From Squalus acanthias (taxonomy: Eukaryota): 64,000 nt of DNA. The position numbers and the translations under genes were made by a program. The stretch spans positions 153,514,001 to 153,578,000 of the forward strand of contig CM059432.1 in the NCBI GenBank assembly GCA_030390025.1. The letters are read 5' to 3'. Below the pieces are notes generated by a model that made no database searches, was not told the origin of the DNA, and worked only from the letters and a program-made list of their open reading frames with translations. This document shows, piece after piece, positions 1 to 11,856 of the stretch. Every line of letters begins with the position of its first letter. The first letter of the stretch is position 1.

Positions 1-3000
1 CCCCTCAGTATCTTATGTTTCAATAAGATCACCTCTCATTCTTCTAAATTCCAATGAGTATAGGCCCAGCCTGCTCAACCTTTCCTCATAAGTCAACACC
101 CTCATCTCAGGAATTAACCTAGTGAATCGTCTCTGAACTGCCTCCAATGCAAGTATATCCTTCCTTAAATAAGGAGACCAAAACGGTACGCAGTACTCAA
201 GGTGTGGTCTCACCAATACCCTGTACAGTTGTAGCAGGACTTCCCTGCTTTTACTCCAATCCCCTTGAAATAAAGACCAACATTCCATTTGCCTTTTTGA
301 TTACTTGCTGTACCTGCACGCTAACTTTTTGTGTTTCATGCACAAGGACCCCCAGGTCCCGCTGAACTGCAGCATTTTGTAATCTCTCTCCATTTAAATA
401 ATAATTTGATTTTTTATTTTTCCTGCCAAAGTGTATAACCTCGCACTTTCCCACATTATACTCCATCTGCCAAATGTTTGCCCACTCACTTAGCCTGTCT
501 ATATCCCTTTGCAGATTCTTTGAGCCCTCTGCGCAACTTGCTTTCCCACCCATCTTTGTATCATCCGCAAACTTGGCTACATTACACTCGGTCCCTTCAT
601 CCAAGTTATTAATGTAGATTGTAAATAGTTGAGGCCCCAGCACCAATCCCTGTGGCGCCCCACTAGTTACTGTTTACCAACTGGAAAATGACCCATTTAT
701 CCCGACTCTCTGCTTTCTGTCAGTTAGCCAATTCTCTATCCATGCTAATATATTACCCCCAATTCCATGAGCTCTTATCTTATGCAGTAACCTTTTATGT
801 GGCACCTTATCGAATGCCTTCTGGAAATCCAAATACACCACATCCACTGGTTCACCTTTGTCCACCCTGCTCGTTACATCTTCAAAGAACTCCAGCAAAT
901 TTGTTAAACATGATTTCCCTTTCATAAAACCATGCTGACTCTGCGTGACTGCATTATGATTTTCCAAATGCCCTGCTACTGCTTCCTTAATGAAGGACTC
1001 CAGCATTTTCCCAACGACAGATGTTAGGCTAACTGGTCTATAGTTTCCTGCTTTCTGTCTCCTTCCTTTCTTAAATAGGGGTGTTACATTTGCGGTTTCC
1101 CAATCCGCTGGGACCTCTCCAGAGTCCAGGGAATTTTGGTATATTGCAACCAATGCATCCACAATCTCTGCAGCCACTTCTTTTAAGACCCTGGGATGCA
1201 GGCCAGCTGGTCCGGGGACTTGTCATCTTTTAGTCCCATTATTTTACCAAGTACTATTTCCTTTGTGATAGTGATTGTCTTTAGTTCCCCCCTCCCTGTG
1301 GCCCCTTGATTATCCATTTTTGGGATGTTCTACCATGAAGACAGATACAAAATATTTGTTGAGAGTCTCTGCCATTTCCCCGTTCTCCATTATTAATTCC
1401 CCAGTCTCATTCTCTAAGGGACCAACGTTTACTTTAGCTACCCTCTTCCTTTTTATAATCCTGTAGAAGCTCTTACTATCTGTTTTAATGTTTCTTGCCA
1501 GTTTTCTCTCGTAATTCATCTTCTCTCTATTATTTTTTTAGTCATCCTTTGCAGGTTTTAAAAAATTTCCCAATCCTCTGGCCTCCCACCAATCTTGGCA
1601 ACATTGGCCCAGAAATTGATCTCGCTCTGTTCCCGCGGGGGTAAGGCTTCCCCGCGATCTCTCACTCCGCGTGTGCTTTTTCAGATCCAGCTCACACGAA
1701 CTTGATGTTCCAGACATCAGCTGGGCAGTGCTTGCGTATCCCACCGGCGTAGTGAATTCGTGCGAGCTGTGGGATCACGTGACTCAGTTAGAGCCAATGG
1801 CAGCACACCATCTTCCATTCATAAGTTTCACATACGTGCTGTGAAATCTATGAATCTTACACCCCCCCAAAATAACAGCTAAACCTCAATTAAATTTAAA
1901 AAAAAAACCCATCACATTAATAAAAGTATAGTTAAATAAATTAACCATTTTAAATAAAAAATTAAATTTTTGAAAAAATTTAAAATCTTTTAAAAAGTTA
2001 TAAAAATAAACTTACCTGTCTTTAAAGTCTCTAAAAAAGATATACCTGTTAAAAAAAATTCAAAAAAATACTTAATTCACTACTTACCTTGTTAAAAGTG
2101 GGTCTTACTCCTCCTTTTTCCATTTCTAAAATCTTCCGTCCTTACCTGCGCGTCCAAAGCACGAAGTGCACAGCGTGCGCGCAGCCTGTAGCGCGCACGC
2201 GATGCACCGAGGAACCGCCCCCTTTTCAAAAGACCAAGTGCCGGTTTTCAGCGCATGCGCAGGGCATGCAGAAAACCGGCAATTGGAGAGAGAATACGCG
2301 AGAGTACGCAGTGTGTACTCTCGCGCAGCGGGATGAATTTTTGGCCCATTGTATGCCTTCGTTTTCAATTTGATACCATCCTTTACTTCCTTAGTTAGCC
2401 ACGGATGGTGCTCCCTTCTCTTAAAATCTTTCTTTCTCACTGGAATATATTTTTGTTGAGAGTTATGAAATATCTCCTTAAATGTCCGCCACTGCATTTC
2501 AACTGTCTTACCCTTTAATTTATTTTTCCAGTCCACTTTAGCCAGTTCTGCCCTCATGCCATTGTAATTGCCTTTGTTTAAAATCAGGACACTGGTTTGA
2601 GATACAACTTTCTCACCCTCCAACTGAATTTGAAATTCAACCATGCTATGGTCACTCTTTCCTAGAGGATCCTTTACTATGAGATCATTTATTAATTCTG
2701 TCTCATTACACAGTACCAGATCCAAGATAGCCTGTTCCCTAGTTGGTTCCATTACATACTGTTCTAGGAAACCATCCCGGATGCACTCTATGAACTCCTC
2801 CTCAAGGCTGCCATGGCCAATTTGATTTGTCCAATCAATATGGAGATTAAAATCACCCATGATTATTACCGTACCTTTTTTACAGGCCTCCATTATTTGT
2901 TGATTTATACTCTGTCCAACAGTATTGCTACTGTTCGGGGGCCTGTAGACTACGCCCACCAGAGACTTTTTCTCTTTATTATTTTTTATCTCCACCCAAA

Positions 3001-3001
3001 C
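1..3001 (-). mobile_element. CR1-group LINE ORF2 (endonuclease end + RT), frameshifted, runs off window start; split by MITE at 1606-2347
   Basis: Minus-strand ORFs 2126-3073, 1310-1519, 674-1177, 251-646, 13-288 contain VGVVYRPP, IMGDFN, SDH, NYRPVSLTS, DVVYLDFQKAFDKV, KFADDTK, RPHLEYC; LINE sequence is contiguous across the MITE. Confidence 0.95.
1606..2347 (+). mobile_element. Harbinger-type MITE, family M1 (copy A)
   Basis: Imperfect TIRs GGCCCAGAAATT / AATTTTTGGCCC, 3-bp TSD ATT (1603-1605, 2348-2350) in a LINE; homologous to 9086-9827 and 26566-27309. Confidence 0.92.
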
Positions 3002-3329
3002 CTGTGGAAGAATGTCTCTTTCCAAGAAAAACAACAGCAGGCTTTGAATTCCACTGCTCAGTGCATCCAGCATCCCAAAAAGCTGTACAGCTTCCCATTT
3101 TCAAATGCCATAAAGAAGTCCATCTGATTGTAAAGTCCAATCTAGTAGATGAGTCCTCACTGAACTCCAGGTATCCATTGCTACCTTCTCCACTTCATGA
3201 AAATCTGGGACTGCCAGAGACATTTTAAGGTTTGGTAATCTGAAGAGTGTTGACAGTAATGGGATCAGATTGTCCCTTCCTCATTCTTTTGATAATGTGT
3301 GAGCTGTGGCTCAGTTGGTAGCACTCGTC

Positions 3330-4530
3330 TCCAGATCTCATCACAGCCTTGATCCAGACAAAGGTCAAGAGCTGAATGCCATACGAGAGGTGAGACATCA
3401 TGGCAGAATTTGACTGAGTATGGCACCAAGGAGCTCTAGCAAAACTGAGGTCAATAGGGGTCAAAGTTAAAAAAAAAACTTTAGTGCCTGGAGTCATAAC
3501 TGACACAAAAGAAAATAGTCATGGTTATCAAAGGTCAATCAATTCAGCCACAGGGCATCGTTGCAGGAGTTCCTCAGGGCAGTCTCCTCAGCTCACCTAT
3601 CTTCATCTGCTTCATCAATGACCTTCCCTCCATAATAAGGTCTGCATTAGGACTGTTTGTGGACAATTCCAGTGTTCAGCTCCATTCACAACTTCTCTGA
3701 TAAAGAAGCATGCCAGCTTACAGCAGGACCTGGACAACATCCAGGCTTGGGCTGACAAGTGACAGGCAACAATCGCACCATTTAAATGCCAGGCAATGGC
3801 CACGTCCAACAAGAAAAATTCCAAACACCAATTAACTGTGTTGAAAGCAACAGATATATCAAAAGAAAGGCCCATTAGATTCATTACATTAGATTAGTCA
3901 ACAACTCCATTATCATTTTATCATGTGACTACCTGGATGGCAGAAGGCAAACTAGAAAGGCCTTGGTCTTTTTTGTCTTTTCGTCCAACAATTCCTATGT
4001 TGCTATGTTTTTACTACTGCCAGAGTACATTTCGCTGATCAATTGTTCTTAGACAATTTCACCCACAAATGTCTCGGGATTTTTAGACAAATGTCCTGTG
4101 ATAAATCACTAGCCTTAACCATTACTTGCTGAACCAGAACTATTGAAACCTGGATACTGTACAACAAGTGTCTCAACTCCTAACCCCTCAAAGCCTCTCC
4201 ACCATCTACAGGGCTCAAATGAAGAATGTGAAGGAATATTCACCACTCACCTCGATTGCTGCAGCTGCAACAATGTTGAAGAAGCTCAACACTATTCAGG
4301 ACAAAGCAGTCTGCTTGACTGGCTTTCCTGTCACTGGACTCTATATCCAGCTGGTGCACTCTGGCTTCATTATGTACTATCTCTAGGATGCACTGGAGCA
4401 ATTCACCAAACTCACTTCGGCAGCAACTCCCAGCCAACCTCTACCACCGAAAGAAACAAGAGCAGCAACGTCGGGAACATCGTACCTCCAAGTCAAACAC
4501 CATCCTGACTTCGGACATGTATCACTGTTC
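3330..4530 (+). mobile_element. Degenerate fragments of a second CR1/L2-group LINE family (about 3330-3830 and 4165-4530)
   Basis: Similar to the better copies at 22390 and 29641 (QQDLDNIQAWADK, LLTPQSLSTIY, KKLNTIQDKA). Confidence 0.8.
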
Positions 4531-4639
4531 CATCACAGTTAAGAAAATTCATCCCTTCACTTTTATATCTATTCACCATTTTAAGATCATCTCACTTATT
4601 CATGGAAAAAAAGCAAGCAACTTTCAAGCGAGAAACCTG

Positions 4640-4985
4640 ACCTCATCAGCCTTGAAAAAAGACATCTTAGAGGTGATCTTACGGAGGTATCAAAGATTGT
4701 AAACAGACTGTTAAAGGTAAATCTGGAAAATTACTTTAAACTGCAAGAGTGGAACAAGAGGTCACAGGTTTACACTAGTACAAGGCAAATTTAGGACCGA
4801 TATAAGGAAATTCTTCTTTGCGCAGTGATCAACACATGGAATGGATTTCCAGATAGAGTAGTGGAAGCGAAGACCCTAGAATCATTTAAGAACCAATTGG
4901 ATGCTGTAATGGGAAGACAAGAGTGTTATTCTGGATGGATGAGCTAAGATGGGCTGAATGGCCTTTCTCATTTTGTAATAATTTT
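4640..4985 (+). mobile_element. Old CR1 LINE 3' fragment
   Basis: Degenerate RGDL..Y / RTRGH..KL / RKFFF..VI..WN region followed by GGGCTGAATGGCCT tail. Confidence 0.7.
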
Positions 4986-6175
4986 GCGAACTCTGTGATC
5001 GCCTCTGAACTGACCAGTTAATTAGTTCTTGCTCTTGGAAGTATGATGACAAAGGGGCAATTTTTGACTTCCCGTTCCTAGCTAGGAGCTTCATCCGCTG
5101 AGGGCACATACCGGAAATTCAACGATGCAGTGCTATGGGTAGGCAAGGCTCCCACTGGGAGTGCAAAGTTGGAAAATTACCCTCTAATAGCCAGTAAAGT
5201 ATTATGACTTAAGATGAATGCAACTGTTGTGACCATGTTCAATAAAGTATCTTAGAACATAAGTATATAAGAATTAGGAGCAGGAGTAGGCCATACGGCC
5301 CCTCGAGCCTGCTCTGCTCTTCAATAAGATCATGGCTGATCTTCGACCTCAACTCCACTTTCCTGCCCTATCCCCATATCCCTTGATTCCTCTGGAGTCC
5401 AAAAATCTATCTATTGCAGCCTTGAATATACTCAACGACTGAGCATCCACAGCACTTTGGAGCAGAGAATTCCAAAGATTCACAACCCTCTGAGTGAAGA
5501 AATTCCTCCTCATCTCAGCCTTAAAAGTCTGGCCCCTTATCCTGAGACAATGCCCCCTAGTTCTAGACTCTCCAGACAGTGAAAACAACCTCTCAGCGTT
5601 TACCCTGTCAATCCCCCTCAGAATATTATATGTTTCAATGGGATCACCTCTCATTCTTCTAAACTCCAGAGAGTATAGGCCTAATCTACTCAATCTCTCC
5701 TCATAGGAGAACCCGCTCATCCCCGGAATCAATCTATGGAACCTTCGTTGCACCGCCTCTAAGGCAAGTATATCTTTCCTTAAATAAGGAGACCAAAACT
5801 GTGCACAGTCTCACCACAGCCTGTACAATTGTAGCAAAACTTCCTTACTCTTGTACTCCAACCCTCTAGCAATAAAGGCCAACATGCCATTTGTCTTCCT
5901 AATTGCTTGCTGTACCTGCATGCTTACTCTCTGGCCGCGATTTTCTTCTTGGAGGCGGGTTGGCGTCGGGAAGGGTAGTCGGCGGGTTCCGGTCCCGCAG
6001 CCGGCCCCAGCCAGCCTGCTGACACCATTTTACGTTAATTGGGCTCATTAAGCCCGCCGTGCGGGTCTGGTCAGCTGATGTGCTGACGTGTTTGCAGCCG
6101 GTGCATTTAAGGGGGCTATTTCACCATCAGATCTCAGGTTGCTTCTGATGCTCCTGACTGCTGCTGCTCTCCACC

Positions 6176-7947
6176 ATGTCTGCAGAGAAACAAAAGGCAG
6201 CTCCCTGCTTCAACGAAGAATCCCTCCATGTTCTTGTGGAGGGAGTCAGAGGACGCGGGAGGTCCTGTACCCAGGTGATGGAAGAAGGAAACCTCCTCAG
6301 CAGACAAAGGCAGCCTGGCTGCGAATAGCTGAGGAGGTCAGTGCCAGGTCTGTGTACAGACGCACCTGGGTCCAATGCAGGAAAAGGTTCAATGATCTCC
6401 TGCGCTCTGGAAAAGTGATTATAAAAGCACACTTACCTTAATTCTGCTGTGCCTGTCATCACATCACTTTGCATTAGTAACCCTACTCCTGCACATCCTA
6501 ACTCAACCCAACATCCCTTGCACCATCCCCCATCCCTCTCTCCCTATGCACAGAATCACTTCCCCATCTTACTATGCACCCCTCACACCCACCCTCAAGG
6601 TTATGCAGTGACAATAACTAACAACTCAAAAGGAGGGAACTTGGTAATGGGAACCCACTCCTTCACAGTCTCCCTCTAAACATCTATCGTATCCATTCTT
6701 TACACTCATTCCATCACTCTCACTGAAACTCCACTTCTTTTCCCCATTGCAGGAAAAGAGAGGCCACAATAAGAGGGAGAGGGAGAGAACAGGAGGACCA
6801 CCATCCTTATCACAGCTGACCAATGCTGAGGAGGCCGCTCTGGACATTGTGGGATCGGTGGAACAGCTCGAAGTGGGGGACGGCGAGACGGGCTCAGTAG
6901 AACAACCTGGTGACAGAATGCTTCTCCATCCATCTTATTTGGCTTTCATGAGTGACACATATGGGATCTGATGTCAATAGAAATTGAATGGGATGTGCCT
7001 GCAATCTACATATCACATGTCTAACTCATGTCTTTACTCTCCCATAGGACCAGCAAGAGCCCCCCTCCCTATTGTCCAGGAGGAAGAGCCGGAGGACTCC
7101 TCAGAGGATGCTGCATCTTCTGAGGGAGCAGCGTCAGCAGAAATGAGCACACCCAGCACCAGCAGAAAGACGCACACCTCGGTGGGTCATTTGCGAGATA
7201 GAGTAGTGTTGTCACCTGGTGTATCACAACGTACGAGTGAGCAAGAGCAGATGGTGGAGACAGGGACAGCAGCCAGAGGCCGCAGGACGCTCCTCACTCT
7301 GCTCAGCTGCATGTAGACGCTGAGCCTTGAGGGCCATCCAGGAAGAGAGCGGTGCTGGAGTTTCAGGCACAAGTGCAGGAGGCTCTGACTGGATTTGCAA
7401 CCACAGTGACTGCGAGTGTGCAGAGAATGGAGGAGTTCATCTCAAACATGAGCAATGCCGTGGCGCACACACTGGTGAATATAGGTACCGCCATGGAAAG
7501 AATGGCACCCTCCATGGGGGACATAAATCGCCAGACTCAAAACAACATGGTGACTCTTCTAAATAGATGGTCAGCTATGGAGGATAGATGGGCATCTATC
7601 GTGGAGAGGAACCAGAGGTCCATGGACGTCCCCGTTATGAGGACTGTCAGTACAGAGACGGGTCCTCATGGCCCCACTGATATGCAGTAAGGTGCTCTCC
7701 AGCTACTTGCTAGCAGAGAAGTGCGGGTGACCCATGAGAGGGATGATGGTGGGAGGTGACATACAAGTGGGGGCTCCTCTCCAAATGCTCCAATTTCCAT
7801 CCCCTTGCCAATCCCTTGGTCAGAGCCCCAGATGACTGCCGGAGCAGTGATGGCCGAGTCTGCCCCTGTGCAGCCGAAGGAGGAGCCGCCTTTGGCAGGG
7901 CCTTCAAAGGCTCCAAAACCCAGAGGACGACCGCCAAAGGTGTCTAA
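6176..7947 (+). pseudogene. Harbinger Myb/SANT-like DNA-binding protein, three exons (6176-6414, 6753-6909, 7048 to about 7947), frameshifted
   Basis: ccaccATG start; MSAEKQKAAPCFNEESLHVLVEGV...AWLRIAEEVSARSVYRRTWVQCRKRFNDL; GT-AG introns with pyrimidine tracts in phase 0 then 1; exon 2 EKRGHNKRERERTGGPP; acidic and coiled-coil-like exon 3. Confidence 0.82.
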
Positions 7948-7966
7948 GCACTTAACAAGGAGTTAA

Positions 7967-8620
7967 GGGGGAAAAATTAGGTGGCGCCATTTTGGGGCGC
8001 TAACGTCACTTGGGCGCTAATTTTACCACCCCGAAAAAGTTAGCGCCCCTCTGCCGCAAATTCAGTAGTAGTGCCCCAAGCAGGAGGTGGGGCGCGACTG
8101 GAAGCGCTCCACCTCCTTCTTGGGGCGCTCCTATTGAAGTTCGTGGTGCTACGTGCAACAGCGCCACACGCGGTGGCACGTAGCGCCGTGTCCTTGCAGG
8201 CCTTCTGCCCTGATTAAAGGGGAGGGCCCTGCTGGACCACCGGGAGTGGGGTGCCGTGAAAACAGCCCTGCACTCCTGAGTGATCATGACCAGCACCCCG
8301 CATAAAAAAGGGAAGGGGGAAGGGGGCAGGTGCTGGCAGTCGGCCAAAATAAAAATGGCCGCCTGACACTTGCCCTTTAAGTAGCGCCGCCACCGCTGCA
8401 AAAACAGTCCCTGATCCTGTCTGACATATCATCCGGCGAAAGGTCAGGGGGCGCAAGGGAAGTTTGCGGCCGGAGTGCAAGCGGGGCGCTGCGCATGGCG
8501 ATGACGTCATTTCGCGGGAGGTGTTAGCGGCGTCGCGCCCGGGCATTAGGGGAATTTGTGCCCCGTTAGCACCTCCCGAGGGCGCTAATGAGAGGCGCAA
8601 ACCAACCGAATTTTTCTCCC
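7967..8620 (-). mobile_element. Harbinger MITE, family M2, nested in the 5933-8804 element
   Basis: TIRs GGGGGAAAAATT / AATTTTTCTCCC, TSD TAA; the end at 8620 matches the left terminus of the 31975-38752 element over about 60 bp. Confidence 0.9.
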
Positions 8621-9085
8621 TAAGTGCCTTAAATCCCTCACCTGCCGCTTGGTGTTGGGTCTGTTGTGAAATCGAAGACCTGACACTCTTGAAACTCACA
8701 CGGAGGCGGGTTCGTGGCGGGTTTACAACCCACTGTCAATCATTGCGACTTTAACACCTGATCTGCCTCCGAACCCGCCTTCTGAGCGCTGGCAAATCGC
8801 GATCTGTGTGTTTCTTGTACTAGGACACCTAAATCTCTCTGAACACCACCATTTAATAGTTTCTCACCATTTAAAAAATATCGTTTTGCTATTCTTCCTA
8901 CCAAAGTGAATAACCTCACATTTCCCCACATTATACTCCATCTGCCGACTTATTGCCCACTCCCTTAACCTGTCTATATCCCTTTGCTGGCTCTTTGCGT
9001 CCTCCTCACATCTTATTTTTCCACTTAGCTTTGCATCGTCTGCAAACTTGGATACATTGCACTCAGTCCCTTCATCTAAGTCATT

Positions 9086-9827
9086 GGCCCAGAAATTAAA
9101 GACGGAGCCTTCCTGCGGGGGTAAGGCTTCCCCGCGATATCTCACTGCGCGCCTGCCTTTTCCTTCCGAGCTCACACGAACTTTAGTTTCAAGGCTGCAG
9201 CTGTGCAGTGTGTGCGTATCCCACAGACGCAGTTAATTCGTGCGAGCTGTGGGATCACGTGATTCAGTTAGAGCCAATGGCAGCACACCATCTTTCATTC
9301 ATAGTTTTGACAGCAAGGGCTGTCAAAGCTATGAATCTATACCCCCCCAAAAGAACAGCTAAACCTCAATTAAATTTAAAAAAAAACCATCACATTAATA
9401 AAATAAGTATAGTTAAATAAATTAACCACTTTAAACAAAAAATTAAATTTTTGAAAAAATTTAAAATCTTTTAAAAGTTATAAAAATAAACTTACCTTTC
9501 TTTAAAGTCTCTAAAAAAGATAAACCTGTTGAAATTTTTTTTAAATAATACTTAATTAACTACTTACCTTGTTAAAAGAGGGTCTTACGCCTCCTTTCTT
9601 TATGTGCAAAATCTTCCATGCTTACCTGCGCGTTCAAAGCACTAAGTGCACTGCGTGCGCGCAGCCTGTAGCGCGCACGCGGTTCACTTAGGAACCGCCC
9701 CCTTTTGAGTTCACCAAGTGCCGGTTTTCAGCGCATGCGCAGTGCATGCAGAAAACCGGCAATTGGAGACAGAATACGCGAGAGTACACAGTGCATACTC
9801 TCGCGTACTAAGACTAATTTTTGGGCC
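9086..9827 (+). mobile_element. Harbinger-type MITE, family M1 (copy B)
   Basis: TIRs GGCCCAGAAATTA / TAATTTTTGGGCC; flanks ATT / AAT inside a LINE; nearly identical to the reverse complement of 26566-27309. Confidence 0.93.
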
Positions 9828-10072
9828 AATAATATAGATTATAAATAGCTAAGGCTCAAGCACTGATCCTTGCGGCACCGCACTAGTTACAGCCCGCCAA
9901 TCTGAAAATGACCCGTTTATCCCTACTGTCTGTTAACCAATCCTTTATCTATGCTAATACATTACACCCAACCCCATGAGCCCTTATCTTGCTGAAAAAC
10001 CTTTTATGTGGCACCTTATAGAATGCCTTTTGGAAATCCAAATATACTACATCAACTTACAAAATATACAAT

Positions 10073-10690
10073 GGCCTGGCTATTAACACGAACGGGTTAC
10101 ATTGGCGGGAGGGTGGAGTTTTGGACGGGAAACCCGGAAGTTCGGATTTCCCCGCATGCCGTGGAATTTTAACTCCACAACGTGTGCCTTTTGTACTTGA
10201 CAGGTTCCCTGCCCGGAAGTCAACCCGACTGACAGGCTTGGCTTCCAGTCGGGCGAGAAGGACTCCGCAGCAGGCCGCAGGAGCAGGTCGATCCGATTCA
10301 TGACACGGGGCGGGGCCGGGAGGGGAGTCTGATCCCCGACCCCGGGGGTCTTTGTATGGGAGGGGGAATCTGACGGCGGGAGGGGGGTAGTTAGTGCAGG
10401 CCGGGGATCATTCCTGCTCCTCCTGGCCCACAAGCAGTGCTGTAAAGGCACTTACCTTCTCCCCGAAGCCGGCCTCACTTCCCTTCAGCTGCAAAGCAGG
10501 TTAAATCAGAGGCTGCCAGCCTCAATAAAATATTTAAATTGCCAACTCGTCTCCTGGGAGCGGGCTCGCTGCCCACCCCTTATACCACAGCGGTTAAACC
10601 TGGAAGTGGGCTGGTTGGAGGTGGGTTGGGGCCGGGTTTCAAATTTTAACACCTGACCCAACCCCAATCACCTGTTTTTGGGTGTTAGTC
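10073..10690. mobile_element. Degenerate GC-rich Harbinger-like MITE
   Basis: Starts GGCCTGGCTATTAAC, has GGGAAACCCG-type subterminal motifs shared with 10842; right end is unclear. Confidence 0.55.
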
Positions 10691-10841
10691 TTGAAACTGA
10701 TGCACCTTACACAAATTGTTTTCTAGGTTAAAGTTTTGAGATGTCCTTGGCTAATTTTTCTAGGTGAGAGAAAACTACTTTTGTACGTCATTTTTTCATT
10801 AGTTTTTATGTGTTATTACTGTGATGTGGCAAACTTATTGT

Positions 10842-11450
10842 GGCCTGGATTTTAGCTTGGAGGCAGGTTCCGTGCAGGGGGTGGGGGCTGTTTTGAGGTC
10901 GGGAAACCCGGCAGTACGGGTTTCCCGAACATCTTGCAGTTAACCAGAAGTCTTTAAATTTTTTTATGTAGGTTTCTCACCCACAGCCAGCCTGATTGAC
11001 AGGCTGGTGGCATGTTGGGCAGGAAAGCCTACAGGACAAGGCTGCAGCCGAGCTGGGCTGAGAGCAGGTAGACCTAGAGGGGGGTGCGAGAGATTGGGGG
11101 GGGGAAGGTCCGATCGCGCGGGGTGGGGGTGCAACCGCGCGTGGATTGTCCGAATGCATGGGGGGTTCCGATCGCTGAGGGGGGTCTGATCGCGTGGGGG
11201 GCGGGGGGGTCCGATCACGGCCGGGGATTCAATCACAGGGGGTTCCAATCGCGCGGGGGCAGGTCTGATTGCACGTAGGGTCCAATCGGGTGGGGGGTCT
11301 GATCGCGGGTGGGGATCCGATTGCAGGGGGTCCAATTGCTGTGGGGGATTCTGATCGCGCGAGGGGGTGGTCTGATTGCGTGCGGGGTCCAATCGCGCAG
11401 GCGAGTTGGGTAGGGGTCACGATCACGGTGCGGGGTCTGACTCCAATCCA
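10842..11450. mobile_element. Truncated Harbinger-like MITE ending in a G-rich minisatellite
   Basis: Starts GGCCTGGATTTT; internal palindrome CGGGAAACCCG...CGGGTTTCCCG; second TIR not found. Confidence 0.55.
11085..11445 (+). repeat. Degenerate G-rich minisatellite, unit about 17-23 bp (GGGGGTCYRATCGCG...)
   Basis: Repeated G4-G9 runs each followed by TCCGATCGCG / TCTGATCGCG / TCCAATCGCG variants. Confidence 0.85.
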
Positions 11451-11856
11451 CACTACATGGTTGACCTTTAGTTCCTTCAGGACAACTAAAGATGAGCTAT
11501 AAATATGCTGCCAACATCCCGTGAACAAATAAGAGAAAAAGATATGAGATACCTGGAATAGGTAATCTTACACCACTGCAGATATGCAGCATAACGCCTG
11601 CCCAGAAAATTTCCCAGATGAGTCAATGGAGTACTTGGGAAATTTAACTTAATTATCATTTTTTTAGTCTTAGCAAAGAGAGCCCAGACTTCACAAATAT
11701 TGAAATTTCATCAGAGTTCCTTGGTTGCTAGGTAGAGTGCCACATGCAGCCAAGTCTAACTCAGGTCTGCTGGCTGTACGTTACACTGTAAAGGTACCAA
11801 TCTGAAAGCGATCACAGTAGTATTAAGATGACATATGTAAAAATAAATTTACTGAT

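Larger units (their letters stand above)
5933..8804 (+). mobile_element. Non-autonomous Harbinger element carrying only the Myb/SANT-like gene
   Basis: Degenerate TIRs GGCCGCGATTTT / CAAATCGCGATC, approximate TSD TCT/TGT in a LINE; no transposase sequence seen. Confidence 0.8.
5255..10056 (-). mobile_element. CR1 LINE 3' portion in three pieces (5255-5932, 8805-9085, 9828-10056), interrupted by two Harbinger insertions
   Basis: 3' tail at about 5255-5345, ORF 5349-5753 and 8864-9085 RT motifs; sequence is collinear across both insertions. Confidence 0.9.
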
